Shown: positions 48,455 through 58,959 of the stretch, piece by piece | How positions within the stretch are numbered: position 1 is the first letter of the stretch | Layout of the letters: each line of letters starts with the position of its first letter | Source: an uncultured Chloroflexia bacterium | GTDB lineage: Bacteria > Chloroflexota > Anaerolineae > JAAYZQ01 | Direction of reading: 5' to 3' | DNA length: 64,000 bases | Assembly (NCBI GenBank): GCA_963700285.1 | Contig: CAVOXA010000014.1 | Location: forward strand, 384,001 to 448,000 | Program-made: the position numbers and the translations under genes | The notes under the pieces: generated by a model | Told to the model about the DNA's origin: nothing | Database searches by the model: none | Seen by the model: only the letters and a program-made list of their open reading frames with translations

Positions 48455-49840
48455 ATGATGACAGAAGAAAACACTGCAGGTTGGATCCGATATCCTGAAA
48501 CAGAGGGTTTTGTGGCGACGCTGCTGGAGCATTTCGTCGAGGCACTGCCCCCGGCCGGCGCGCTGGCAACAGACCTTCTGGCGCGTACGGGCTGCCAGTT
48601 GATCGACTGGCTGGATCACCTGATCCTGGCAGGCGGCGACGGGCCCCTGGGTCAGCTGGCGGATCTGGGATTTGAACCAGAGGGCGTCGCGGCCGATCCC
48701 GGCGACACCGCATATTACCACCCTGGCGCCATCTTTCCCAGGATTGTACTGCGCAGCGAGAGTGGCGCTGAGCCAGGTAGGGTACTGGCCGCCGCAGTCC
48801 AGGTAGAGGACATCGGCTACTTCCAGATGACCCACCACATTTCCGCGCCCATTGATGGCTCACTTCTGAGCCCCTACCGGCGATCCAGGATCTGGCGGGG
48901 AGGTGGGAGGGAGCTTTGGGCCGTAGAGAGACGGGGACACCCGGGCTTTGTTCCCACCGAGATGCCCTCCGACTATCCTCAACGTTATCTGCGGGCATTC
49001 GAGCAGTGGGCCGCCCGCCCCCGCGACTTTGAGGACGAGCGACTGGGTATGGAACAAACCCTGGCCATGGCCCAGTCACTGGCCAGGGAGATGGGCCGTG
49101 ATACGGCGGCCTGGATCGCCTTTGCAGCGGAACGCGAGCACTGGCAGAGGCGCAACCGGGCAGGGCAGATCCAGAAGGCGTGCCAGGACAGCTTGGGGCT
49201 GGGCTGGGCCAATCATGACCACCATACCTTCCGCAGCTCGCGCACTGTCTTTGCCCAATTGATCGAAATCCTCGAGACCCTGGGCTTCCATCCCCGGGAA
49301 CGATTCTATGCCGGTGCCGAAGCGGGCTGGGGCGCCCAGGTGATGGAGCAGCCGGTTTGTCGTTTTGCTGTCTTTGCCGACGCCGACCTTTCGCCGGACG
49401 AGGTAGAGGGTGACTTTGCGCACCGGCCCCTGTCAGCCCGCGACGAATTGGGTACGGTCGGCCTTTGGTGCGCACTACATGGCGAGTCGATGCTGGGCGC
49501 GGGCCTGCATCACCTGGCAGGCCGGTTTGTGTTTGATGCCGTGACGGAGAACCTGGCCGCCTGGGGTATCGAGATGATGCATCCTTTCAGCGAGTTTCCG
49601 TACCTGCGGCAAGCATTCACTGTAGGAGAGCGCTGGAATGTTGCGGACCGACGGCTGGAGCGACTTGGTGCCAGCGGCCAGATTACCCCAGCGCAGCGCG
49701 AGATCTTTGCCGAGCAGGGGGCAATCGGCAGCCACCTGGAGAATATCCAGAGGGGCGAGGGTTTCAAGGGCTTCAACCAACAGAAGATCAGCGATATTAT
49801 CCGGCGCACGGATCCCCGGGCGGGTGTTGGTGGATCCTGA
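48455..49840 (+). CDS. Hypothetical protein with a VOC/HPPD-like His-His-Glu metal site
   Basis: 461-aa ORF with RBS; NHDHHTFRSSR, GAGLHHLA and HLENIQR..GFKGFN motifs. Confidence 0.65.
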   Translation: MMTEENTAGWIRYPETEGFVATLLEHFVEALPPAGALATDLLARTGCQLIDWLDHLILAGGDGPLGQLADLGFEPEGVAADPGDTAYYHPGAIFPRIVLRSESGAEPGRVLAAAVQVEDIGYFQMTHHISAPIDGSLLSPYRRSRIWRGGGRELWAVERRGHPGFVPTEMPSDYPQRYLRAFEQWAARPRDFEDERLGMEQTLAMAQSLAREMGRDTAAWIAFAAEREHWQRRNRAGQIQKACQDSLGLGWANHDHHTFRSSRTVFAQLIEILETLGFHPRERFYAGAEAGWGAQVMEQPVCRFAVFADADLSPDEVEGDFAHRPLSARDELGTVGLWCALHGESMLGAGLHHLAGRFVFDAVTENLAAWGIEMMHPFSEFPYLRQAFTVGERWNVADRRLERLGASGQITPAQREIFAEQGAIGSHLENIQRGEGFKGFNQQKISDIIRRTDPRAGVGGS

Positions 49841-49883
49841 GAATCGGCGACGCATCCCTATCGATTTGAGAGGAAGACTAATC

Positions 49884-49917
49884 AAGAGCCCGGGCTTTGA
49901 AAGAGCCCGGGCTTTTT
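49884..49917. terminator. Intrinsic terminator between convergent genes
   Basis: AAGAGCCCGGGCTT-TGAA-AGAGCCCGGGCTTTTT stem-loop with a T tract. Confidence 0.8.
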
Positions 49918-49991
49918 GCTATGTCTGGGGCAGCCTATCCAACTGCCTGGCTTCGCCACATGGCAGGATGGGAAGCCTCCGGGACCGTGGG

Positions 49992-51281
49992 CTAGCGGCC
50001 GGCTTCGGGCAGGTAGGGAGGCAAGAGCGTACCAGCAAAGATGGGCTGCAAGCGGGCAAAGCGCTGCCGACCATCGACCAACGGGATGGCGGGCCAGCTA
50101 TCGCCAATGAGGGGCCGGGCATATCGGACAAAGTCCTCGGTGACATCCAGTTGGGAGCCGGCGATCCAGCCCGCCGGGAAGGCCCGCTCCGAGTTGGCGA
50201 CCAGTTCCAGGGGTACCTTGTCGTAGCGCACGCTGTAGACGAGTCCAGGTTCGCGCAGGAGTGTGGACATGTAGCCGGAGCCATCCTCAACAGCAATCTG
50301 AGCTGCCTTTTGTCCCACCCGGTAGGCCTCCTCCAGGTCCACGGTCGAGGCATAGATCATGTTGTGTCGCTGATCCGTGCCAGGCACATTGCCCCGGGCC
50401 GAGCCACGCGCCGGCAGCCCCAGCTCATTCAGATGGTTCACGATCCTGCGCTCAACCGTCATCTGGCTGGAGGAGAATTGCACGTGACCGAAAGAGTCCT
50501 CACGCTCGCCAAGCGTCCCTACCGGAAAGCCCTCGCTGACCACGAGAAGGCAGCGTCCCCGCTCGCGCACGGCATCGTTCACAGCGTCAGCCAGTTCCGG
50601 AAGGCCCAGGTCCGACTCGGCCATCGCGATCAACAGCGGCATCTCTCGATCCGGATCGGCCAGCCGGGCGGCCGCCGGAATGAAGCCGATCTTGCGTCCC
50701 ATGGCCTGCATCACCAGCACAGGGTCGGAGGGGTAGGAACCTGCGTTTTCCTGATCGGCATTCTGTACGTTGAGCGCCCAGTAGCGCGCCACGCTGCCGT
50801 ATCCTGGCGTGTGATCGATGAGCTCAAAGCCGGCGTCGCCCACATCGTTGTCGATGGTCTTGGGCACGCCCACAGCGACGAGATCAAGGCCCCGTTCGGC
50901 AGCCAACTGGGCGACCTTGTGGGCCGTGTCCATGCTGTCATTGCCACCGTTATAAAAAAAGTAGCCCACATCGTGTGCTTTGAACACGTCTACAATTCGC
51001 TTCAAGTCCTCGTGCTGATGCGCCTTTAGTTTGTACCTGCAGGTGCCTATCGCCCCCGCGGCGGGCGTGGTGCTGAGCAGGCAAAGCTCTTCTTCCGGCT
51101 GTACTGACAGATCGAGCAGATCTTCCCCAAGCACCCCCTCAATGCCATGATAGCCAGCGTATAGCGTCCCGAAGGCGCCCGGATAGGCGCGGCAGCCATC
51201 CACGACGCCCCGCAACGAGGCATTGATGACGGGCGTTGGGCCCCCACTCTGAGCCACGACGGCGTTTTTTGGTCTACTCAT
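49992..51281 (-). CDS. pfp: Pyrophosphate-dependent phosphofructokinase family
   Basis: QSGGPTPVIN, GGNDS (Asp at the donor-specificity position), PKTIDND, MGR..GF. Confidence 0.82.
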   Translation of the reverse strand: MSRPKNAVVAQSGGPTPVINASLRGVVDGCRAYPGAFGTLYAGYHGIEGVLGEDLLDLSVQPEEELCLLSTTPAAGAIGTCRYKLKAHQHEDLKRIVDVFKAHDVGYFFYNGGNDSMDTAHKVAQLAAERGLDLVAVGVPKTIDNDVGDAGFELIDHTPGYGSVARYWALNVQNADQENAGSYPSDPVLVMQAMGRKIGFIPAAARLADPDREMPLLIAMAESDLGLPELADAVNDAVRERGRCLLVVSEGFPVGTLGEREDSFGHVQFSSSQMTVERRIVNHLNELGLPARGSARGNVPGTDQRHNMIYASTVDLEEAYRVGQKAAQIAVEDGSGYMSTLLREPGLVYSVRYDKVPLELVANSERAFPAGWIAGSQLDVTEDFVRYARPLIGDSWPAIPLVDGRQRFARLQPIFAGTLLPPYLPEAGR

Positions 51282-51398
51282 CTGTTCAAGTCTCCTGTGG
51301 GCGAATGAGAGAGCAGGCAGATGGCGAACCACTGGATTTCCGGCACACCCTCGATCCTGTCCCCTACCGCTATGCTGATTCGCATCTCAGCGCACTCG

Positions 51399-52853
51399 CT
51401 ACGCTGTATAGGTTGTCGAGGCTGTCGCGCCCCCCCGGCCGGTCCAGTTTGTGTGAAAGAACTCACCCCGTGGTTTGTCCACCCGCTCGTAGGTATGGGC
51501 ACCAAAATAGTCACGCTGGGCCTGGAGGATGTTGGCCGGCAGACGGGCGTTGCGATAACCGTCATAGTAAGCCAGGGCGCTGCCAAAGGCCGGGACAGGG
51601 ATGCCCTGCGTGACGGCTGTGGCCACCACCCGGCGCCAGGCGGTTTGGCTGTGATCGATGGCCTCCTTGAAATAGGGAGCCAACAACAGATTGGCCAACT
51701 CTGGGTCCTGGCCGTAGGCCTGCGTGATCCTCTCCAGGAACTGGGCGCGGATAATGCAGCCTTCGCGCCACATGAGAGCAATGCCGCCATAGTCGAGATC
51801 CCAGTCGAATTCATCGGCAGCCATGGACATGAGCTGGAAACCCTGCGCGTAGGAACAGATCTTGCTGGCATACAGCGCCTGGCGGATCTCGTCAACGAAG
51901 GCATCCCTGTCTCCCTCAAAGGCCGGGACGGGGCCCTCAAGGACCTTGCTGGCCGCCACTCGTTCCTCCTTGATGGCGGACATGAAGCGGGCAAAGACCG
52001 CTTCTGCTACGGTCGGCGCCGGCGTGCCCATATCCAGGGCACTCTGGCTGGTCCATTTGCCCGTACCTTTCTGGCCAGCCGTATCCAGGATGACGTCCAC
52101 CATCGGCCGGCCCGTCTCCTCATCGACGTAGGCCATAATGTCGCGCGTAATCTCAATGAGGTAGCTGTTGAGGTCACCCTTATTCCACTCTTTGAACACC
52201 TCGTGCATCTCTGCCGGAGACATGCCCAGAAGATGAATCATCAGAAAGTAGGCCTCGGCGATCATTTGCATGTCGCCGTACTCGATGCCGTTATGTACCA
52301 TCTTCACATAGTGCCCCGCGCCATTGCTGCCCACCCAGTCACAGCAGGGGGTACCGTCAGCGACCTTGGCGGCAGTTGCCTGAAAGATAGGCTTTACGTG
52401 GGGCCAGGCTGCAGGACTCCCGCCAGGCATGATACTGGGCCCCAGCAAGGCTCCCTCCTCGCCGCCTGACACGCCAGTGCCGATATAGAGCAGACCCTTT
52501 TTCTCCAGGTAGCGTGTGCGGCGGATGGTGTCGCCGTAAAAGCTATTTCCGCCGTCGATGATGATGTCGCCCTCTTCCAGATTGGGGAGCAACAACTCTA
52601 TGAAATCGTCGACAGGCTGGCCAGCCTTGACCATGAGCATCGCCTTGCGCGGACGGGCCAGCACCGAACAGAATTCCTCGATGCTGTGGGCGCCGATGAT
52701 GTTCTTGCCCTTGGCCCGGCCCTCGATAAAATGATCCACCCTGCTGACGGTGCGGTTGTAGGCCGCTACAGTAAAACCCTTGCTTTCCATGTTGAGGATC
52801 AGATTCTCGCCCATCACGGCGAGGCCAACGATGCCGATGTCTGCTTTTTTCAT
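51399..52853 (-). CDS. gnd: 6-phosphogluconate dehydrogenase, NADP+-dependent, decarboxylating
   Basis: [47 protein letters not shown]. Confidence 0.97.
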   Translation of the reverse strand: MKKADIGIVGLAVMGENLILNMESKGFTVAAYNRTVSRVDHFIEGRAKGKNIIGAHSIEEFCSVLARPRKAMLMVKAGQPVDDFIELLLPNLEEGDIIIDGGNSFYGDTIRRTRYLEKKGLLYIGTGVSGGEEGALLGPSIMPGGSPAAWPHVKPIFQATAAKVADGTPCCDWVGSNGAGHYVKMVHNGIEYGDMQMIAEAYFLMIHLLGMSPAEMHEVFKEWNKGDLNSYLIEITRDIMAYVDEETGRPMVDVILDTAGQKGTGKWTSQSALDMGTPAPTVAEAVFARFMSAIKEERVAASKVLEGPVPAFEGDRDAFVDEIRQALYASKICSYAQGFQLMSMAADEFDWDLDYGGIALMWREGCIIRAQFLERITQAYGQDPELANLLLAPYFKEAIDHSQTAWRRVVATAVTQGIPVPAFGSALAYYDGYRNARLPANILQAQRDYFGAHTYERVDKPRGEFFHTNWTGRGGATASTTYTA

Positions 52854-52960
52854 CACGATCTCCTTCGCTCATACTACCTACGTACGGGTTCAAGTACGGC
52901 CGCGCAATGTGGCACACATGGTGCGTGGTACGTGAGTGCCTTCGGGCCAGGCTACACAGT

Positions 52961-54241
52961 TCACGAGTCCTCTTTCAGGCGATAGAGCATTTCGCCTGCC
53001 TTGGGAACGACGAGAATGCCTTCGTCCTGTCGCCCCTCCCACTTGGCCAGGTCGATGGTTGCGGGGTCCATGTAGCCCAGGTTGACCCGGTCACATCGTT
53101 CTTTTGGTATGCTGGTGGCCAGCGTGACCTGTATGCGCGGGCGCTCAATGCCGGATTCAATATCATAGGTACCAAGACCACGGACATGGGTGGAGTGGGC
53201 CAGCACACCCCAGGGATAGTCCTTGAACTTTTCCCATTGACTAGCAAAGTAATCCCGCACGTGGTAGCCGACCGCATCGATGATGCGCCCATGAGTATAG
53301 GAAATCTCGGTGATGTGAGGGGCATAGATGACCACCTCACCGCCGTCGGCGATGGCTGGCTCCATCTTGTACATCCCTTTGGCCGCCGTCCATATGTCGT
53401 CGTACATCTCGGGCATGATGGACAGGACGCGGCGGTAGGGCTTGTCCACATAGACGACGTGCAACTGCGCCGACAGGTCCGCTGCCGCCTGCCACGCATC
53501 CTCCGGCGAACCGGCATAGAGGCCGGCCAAGCCACCATAGGTGACAACTAGACTAAAGCAGAGCTTGGGCACATCGATGAACGACGCCGCCCGGTCAATC
53601 ACTGCCCGGACAGGCGTGTAACCTGAGCCTATCACCTCATAACTCGTGATCAGCGCCCCCAACCAGTGGGTAAAGTTGATCACTTCGGGACCGCTGATGC
53701 CAGGGAAAAAGTACTTGTTGCCCCCCGAAAAACCTACCACCTCGTGAGGAAAGACAGGGCCACAGACTATCAGTTGGTCGTAGTCAAATACGAGGCGGTT
53801 CACGGTGACAGGCAGGTCCTGCACCAGCAATCCGCTGGAGATCGCCTCAATCTCTGCTGCCGGAAGCTTACCCAGGTTGACCAAGGTCTCCGCCAGGTCC
53901 CAGCGGTGGTTGATGAGGTTGACACCAGCATAGACGGTGCGGCGCTCCTCCGCGCTGATACCAACCAAGCGATTTAGCGCCTCCTCGTCCATGGGCTGGT
54001 GGGTGCCTAGGGCTACCAGGTAGTCCAGGGCCGCGACCCTACCCCACAGCGCTTCGTGGAACAGCCGAAAGAATAGTGGAATCGGCGCGGTACGCGTACT
54101 GTCAGGGAGAATGACCAGCACCCGCTTGCCGCCCAGGTCGCTGTGCTCAAAAGCCTGCTCGACCAGTTCTCGCACATCAGATTCGTCCAGGTAGAGGGTT
54201 GTGCTACCCCTACCGATCAGCCTGCCCGCCGAATCGCTCAT
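52961..54241 (-). CDS. LarA-family (nickel-pincer) 2-hydroxyacid racemase/epimerase
   Basis: PDSTRT, ALGTH, NH.W, PHEVVGFSGGNK, FTHW and WTAAK match the LarA catalytic His/Lys pattern. Confidence 0.85.
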   Translation of the reverse strand: MSDSAGRLIGRGSTTLYLDESDVRELVEQAFEHSDLGGKRVLVILPDSTRTAPIPLFFRLFHEALWGRVAALDYLVALGTHQPMDEEALNRLVGISAEERRTVYAGVNLINHRWDLAETLVNLGKLPAAEIEAISSGLLVQDLPVTVNRLVFDYDQLIVCGPVFPHEVVGFSGGNKYFFPGISGPEVINFTHWLGALITSYEVIGSGYTPVRAVIDRAASFIDVPKLCFSLVVTYGGLAGLYAGSPEDAWQAAADLSAQLHVVYVDKPYRRVLSIMPEMYDDIWTAAKGMYKMEPAIADGGEVVIYAPHITEISYTHGRIIDAVGYHVRDYFASQWEKFKDYPWGVLAHSTHVRGLGTYDIESGIERPRIQVTLATSIPKERCDRVNLGYMDPATIDLAKWEGRQDEGILVVPKAGEMLYRLKEDS

Positions 54242-54334
54242 CTGTTCAGTTGCCTTTCTGCCTATCAGCCCACATTCCCACTAGCATCTCTGCCTATCTG
54301 TTTTTTGCCCATCTGTCCACTCGTTGCCTGCCGA

Positions 54335-55231
54335 CTACCTCCAGGGCGGGACTTCGGGCAACAGCTCGTCGAACTCTGCAATCAGTTGCGCCTCATAGGC
54401 TCCGGCGTACTCGCCTGCCAGGAACCTGTGCACTGCCTCGTCGTGGAACCGCCGCCAGGATTCCTCCTCGTGACCAGGATTGATGGGATAGAACAACGCC
54501 TCGTTGGCCCGCGCCGCCTTCATGTCACCAGGCGCGTCGCCGATCATGAGGATTTGGGCTGACCCATACCTGGGCTCCGCCGCCAAGGCCAGATGTTGCG
54601 TCTTGCTGCCCATTTCCTGCCCGGCGATGACGCGGACGTATTTGGCAATGCCATGCTCCTGCCACTCCCTAGTGAGAGCCTCGAGGGGGGTAGCAGAAAC
54701 GACGATCATGTCCGCCTTGTCTGCCAGGAAATCCAGGCTCTCGCGCACGTAGGGAAAGGGGGGGACACCGTGGACCATGTCGGAAATCGTGGCATTGACC
54801 CCGGCCGTCCAGGCCATTGCCTGGTCCAATTCGGGATCAGGGTAGCGGATCATGTAAGCGTACAGCCCATCGTTGCTTTTGGGATAGTCTTCGTTGGCGA
54901 TGAACTCGCGGATCCGGGGGGCCTCCGGCGGCTCAATGCCACGCGCCCGTACTTCCGGCCGGTCGCGCAGCAGGTCAAAGACCATCACCAACGCGGGCCA
55001 ACGGTTGATGCCCCGCCACTTGGAGTACAGATTGACAAACTCGGCCGCTTCGCGGGCATACTTGGACACCGCCTGGAGGTTCCAGTACTTGATAATGTTG
55101 GGAGCAAAGCACTCTTTGTGCTTGATCTCCATGGTGTCAAAGGCACAGCCGTCGGAATCAATGCCGACAAAAAACTTGTATTCAGGCTCCAACTCTGCCA
55201 GGGGTCTGGCTGCTTCAGGATAGTCTGCCAC
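54335..55231 (-). CDS. HAD-superfamily hydrolase
   Basis: DSDGC motif I, VSAT motif II, K, and GDAPGD motif IV. Confidence 0.85.
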   Translation of the reverse strand: MADYPEAARPLAELEPEYKFFVGIDSDGCAFDTMEIKHKECFAPNIIKYWNLQAVSKYAREAAEFVNLYSKWRGINRWPALVMVFDLLRDRPEVRARGIEPPEAPRIREFIANEDYPKSNDGLYAYMIRYPDPELDQAMAWTAGVNATISDMVHGVPPFPYVRESLDFLADKADMIVVSATPLEALTREWQEHGIAKYVRVIAGQEMGSKTQHLALAAEPRYGSAQILMIGDAPGDMKAARANEALFYPINPGHEEESWRRFHDEAVHRFLAGEYAGAYEAQLIAEFDELLPEVPPWR

Positions 55232-55322
55232 TATCAAATCCTCCGAATAGATGCATCTGTCATAAAAGTCTGCGATAGGCCGCTTACGGGCACCTCACCT
55301 GCCAATCAACCCCGATGTCAAC

Positions 55323-56156
55323 TCACACTCCACTGAAAGCGCTGAATCCCCCATCCACGGGTACGATGACGCCGGAGACGAACGCGGAGGCAGGAGAAAG
55401 AAGCCAGAGCATTGTACCCAGCAGCTCTTCCGGGCCCCCAAAACGGGCCATGGGTGTGTGATCGATGATGGTCTGTCCTCGTGGTGTCAGCTCACCTGTC
55501 TCCTCCTCCGTGAGGAGAAAGCGGTTCTGCGCGGTCAGAAAGAAACCGGGCGCAATGGCATTGACGCGGATCCGGGGTGCGTATTCTTGGGCCATGTGCA
55601 CGGCCAGCCACTGAGTAAAGTTGCTTACGCCAGCCTTGGCAGCCGAATAAGCCGGAATTCGCGTCAGCGGGCGGAAAGCGTTCATTGAGGAGACGTTCAA
55701 GATCACTCCCTCTCCGCGTTCGGCCATGCCCTGGCCAAACACCTGGCAGGGGAGGATCGTACCGAGGATGTTGAGATCAAAGACAAAGCGTAGCGCCTCC
55801 TCAGGCAAGTCGAAAAAGCTGAGATCAGTGCCGGTCGTTGCCCTGGGGTTGTTGCCGCCCGCCGCATTGATCAGTGTATCTACAGGGCCAAACTCAGCCC
55901 GGATGCTCTCCTCAGCCCTGGCCAGGCTGTCGGGCTGCAGGACGTTACCACCGACTGCCAGCCAGCGCCCGGGGCCATTGTCCAGCCGCTCCTTCAGCCG
56001 GTCGACCAGCGACGGGTCCAGATCGAGGACGGCGACATTGGCCCTGCAGCCAACCAGCGCGCAGGCCATCTCGCCTCCCAGAATGCCCGCGCCTCCGGTG
56101 ATGGCCACGGTACGCCCCACCATGTCGTACCATTTTGTCACGGTCTTTAGGTCCAT
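55323..56156 (-). CDS. uxuB: SDR, D-mannonate oxidoreductase (fructuronate reductase) type
   Basis: TGGAGILG, NAAGGN.P.ATT, SSMNAFRPLTRIPAYSAAK, APGFFLT.QNR.LL, DGGFSAFSGV. Confidence 0.82.
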   Translation of the reverse strand: MDLKTVTKWYDMVGRTVAITGGAGILGGEMACALVGCRANVAVLDLDPSLVDRLKERLDNGPGRWLAVGGNVLQPDSLARAEESIRAEFGPVDTLINAAGGNNPRATTGTDLSFFDLPEEALRFVFDLNILGTILPCQVFGQGMAERGEGVILNVSSMNAFRPLTRIPAYSAAKAGVSNFTQWLAVHMAQEYAPRIRVNAIAPGFFLTAQNRFLLTEEETGELTPRGQTIIDHTPMARFGGPEELLGTMLWLLSPASAFVSGVIVPVDGGFSAFSGV

Positions 56157-56221
56157 GTTTCACCTCTACGTGTTGCGTATTGCGTGGTAGGTGTTGGGTA
56201 CTCGCAGTTGCGCCGTGGTGT

Positions 56222-56980
56222 TCAACGGCCCAGATAGCCACCGTCTACTGGGATGACAGCGCCGTGCAGATAGTCTGAGGCCGCCGACGCCAGAAAAAGA
56301 ACAATCCCTTTCACGTCGGCTGGCCTGCCCCACCGGCCGGCCGGGATGCGAGACAGGATGAGCGGCTCCCGTTGCGGATTGCCGACCAGCGCCGAGTTCA
56401 TCTCGGTGTTCATATAGCCCGGGGCGATGGCATTCACATTGATCCCGCGCGCCGCCCACTCGTTGCTGAGGGCCTTGGTAAGTTGGGCCACGCCGCCTTT
56501 GCTGGCCGCATAGGCCGGTATGGTGAGCCCACCAAAGAAACTCATTTCGGAGGCCAGGTTGATGATCTTGCCACCGTCATGTTCCAGCATGTGACGCCCA
56601 GCCGCCTGGGCCAGCAACCAGACCGCATGAAGGTTCACGGATAACACGTAATCCCAGTCTTCGATGGGAAAATCTTTGGCCGGGTGGCGACGCTGGGCGC
56701 CCGCGTTGTTGACCAGGATCTCCAGCCCTCCCAAAGCATCGATGGCGCGAGCGACGATGGCCGTCGCCTGGGAGCGGTCGGAAAGATCAGCCTGCAGAGG
56801 GATGGCGCCTATCACCTCCGCCGCGGCAGAGACCGCGCCGGAGCGACCTACGATGGCGACACGTGCGCCCCCATCGATCAGGGCTTCGGCCATTGCGCGC
56901 CCCAGACCACTGCCGCCACCAGTGACCAAGGCCCTCTTGCCCTCAACCGAGAACTGATCGTAGACTGTCCGATCGCTCAT
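56222..56980 (-). CDS. SDR, KduD/gluconate 5-dehydrogenase-like
   Basis: TGGGSGLG, NNAG.QRR, YAASKGGV.QLTKALSNEWA, APGYMNT, DGGYLGR. Confidence 0.85.
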   Translation of the reverse strand: MSDRTVYDQFSVEGKRALVTGGGSGLGRAMAEALIDGGARVAIVGRSGAVSAAAEVIGAIPLQADLSDRSQATAIVARAIDALGGLEILVNNAGAQRRHPAKDFPIEDWDYVLSVNLHAVWLLAQAAGRHMLEHDGGKIINLASEMSFFGGLTIPAYAASKGGVAQLTKALSNEWAARGINVNAIAPGYMNTEMNSALVGNPQREPLILSRIPAGRWGRPADVKGIVLFLASAASDYLHGAVIPVDGGYLGR

Positions 56981-58053
56981 TCTTCTGGCTGCGCCTCTTC
57001 ATCGACTTCGATCATCGCCCCGGGAGCGACCTCCGGCCGATAGACCGCCGATGCGCCGGCCTGCTCCAAGGCCGCCTCAAGCGGTGTTGTGTCCGGCCAT
57101 GGCCAGAGGGCAATGATCGTGCCGCCGTCGCCGGCACCGGCCAGCTTGGCGCCCATCGCCCCCGCGTCGAGGGCAGCCCGAATGAGACGCTCGTTGGACT
57201 GCGCCAGATCCGCCCAGGTCGCGCTGGATGGCGTGGTTCTCGTTCATCAGTCGTCCCAACAGGGGCCAGTCGGCCAGGAGTAGAGCCTTCTTGCCCATGC
57301 GTGCGATCTCTGTGATGCGTTTGTATCCTTCCACGACAGCGGTCTCGCCCTCGAGCCAGCGCTCCCGAAGCGGCTTGTGCACAGCGCTGGAAGCGTGCTG
57401 CACGCCGGTGAACCCCAACATAAAGGGCAGTTCCGGAACATAAGTCGGCCAGCGGCTCGATGGTGGCAAAGAGTTCGGCCTCAGCCTGACGGTAGAACTG
57501 CTTGCCGCGGAAGTCCAGATAGTTCAAGCCTCCGAAGGTACACATACATGCATCCTGGTAGCCACAGACGACCTTCAGATTGTTCAGCTCAATGTAGCGC
57601 GCCCGTTCAGCCAACTGGTAGCGATTCACGCTCTGGCCCTGCCAGGCCAAAAAGGCCTGCAGCAGAGCCACAACCAGCGCAGTGGAACCGGCCATGCCGC
57701 TACGCATGGGGATATCACTCTCATAGCTCACGTGGCAGGCCAACGGCGGGAGGTGCATATAGTCCAGGATAGCCCGAGCGATGTCGAAACGATCGCCCTG
57801 TGGCCGCAGGTCGCTCCGTGAGACGATCCTGCACTCTTCCCTCCGCTTGCCAGGATGATCTCAGCACCGTGTTGCGAGCTGGATGCAGAGGCAGACAAGG
57901 ATGAGGGATCCAGCGATGTGATGGTCGCGCACGCTCGCATCGCCATGGAACAGGACAGAACCGAGCCCCCGTACATGTCCGTCGGGTTGCCGATGATCCC
58001 AGCGCGACCTGGGGCTGAACGATACCAACCGGCGCTGACTGACTAGAGTTCAT
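56977..58053 (-). pseudogene. GHMP kinase, glucuronokinase-like, frameshifted as read
   Basis: SAPGRAGIIGNPTDMYGG, IPMRSGMAGSTA, CGYQD and AKLAGAG.GG fragments in several frames. Confidence 0.78.
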
Positions 58054-58944
58054 ATGCCTTGGCCTTGATGTACTTCCGGGCCAGATACCCGTACCGCTCA
58101 TCAGCCAATGCAAAGTCGATAAAGGCGCGGAAGTAGCTCTCAAAGTTGCCCACGTCGTAGCGAGGCTGAGTCGGGTGAGAGTGTCCAGGCGTATACCGGC
58201 TCCCCCCTCTGTATCAGCAGTCTGATGGCATCTGTTAGCTGAATCTCACCGCGCACGTCAGGCAAAGTCCGCTCCAGGGCTTCAAAGATAGCTGGAGCTA
58301 AAGACATAGCGTGCCGCCACAGCCAGGGTGGACGGCGCGGTACCTCGGGGCGGCTTTTCGACAATATCAGTCATGGCCACGGGTTCGCCGGGGGCGGCTC
58401 CTGGCCATTGATGCTCACGATGCCATAGCGGTGTGTCTCCGACTCGGGCACCTTTTCCACGGCTACCATGGCCGCCGCGCCCAGATCGTAGAAGGCGCTT
58501 ATCATCTCCCTGAGTGGAGCCGCAGGATCTGCGGACCGCAATGACAGAATCGCCCAAGGACACGACACAGTCGTCGTCATCCACAAAGTCCGCACCCAGG
58601 GAAACCGCATGGCCCAGCCCCCGGGGTTTGCTCTGGCGCGTGTAGAACAGCTTGGATTTGCCCTCAAAGGCCAGATCGTCCAGCAGCGCCTCGTTTCCTG
58701 CCGCCTTTAAGGCAGAGACAAGTTGAGGGTCCGAGTCAAAATGGTCCTCGATGGCCCGCTTGCGCCGCCCCGTGATGATGAGGATCTGGTTCAGACCCAC
58801 CTCCTGCAGTTCCTCAAGGACGTATTGGATCACAGGCTTCCGACCCAGCGCCAGCATTTCTTTGGGCTGCGACTTGGTGGCCGGCAGGAGCCTTGTGCCT
58901 AATCCAGCGGCAGGGATGATTGCCTTGGTCATCCGTTCAGTCAT
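58043..58944 (-). pseudogene. UTP--sugar-1-phosphate uridylyltransferase (GalU family), frameshifted as read
   Basis: KAIIPAAGLGTRLLPATK..PKEML, Q..PRGLGHAV, VEKP, GEIQLTDAI, RYDVGN. Confidence 0.85.
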
Positions 58945-58959
58945 GGGCCAATTCCTTTC

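Noticed and set aside
48222-49475. 417-aa minus-strand ORF
   Set aside because: It is Arg/Pro-rich, low in information, and antisense to the better-supported plus-strand gene.
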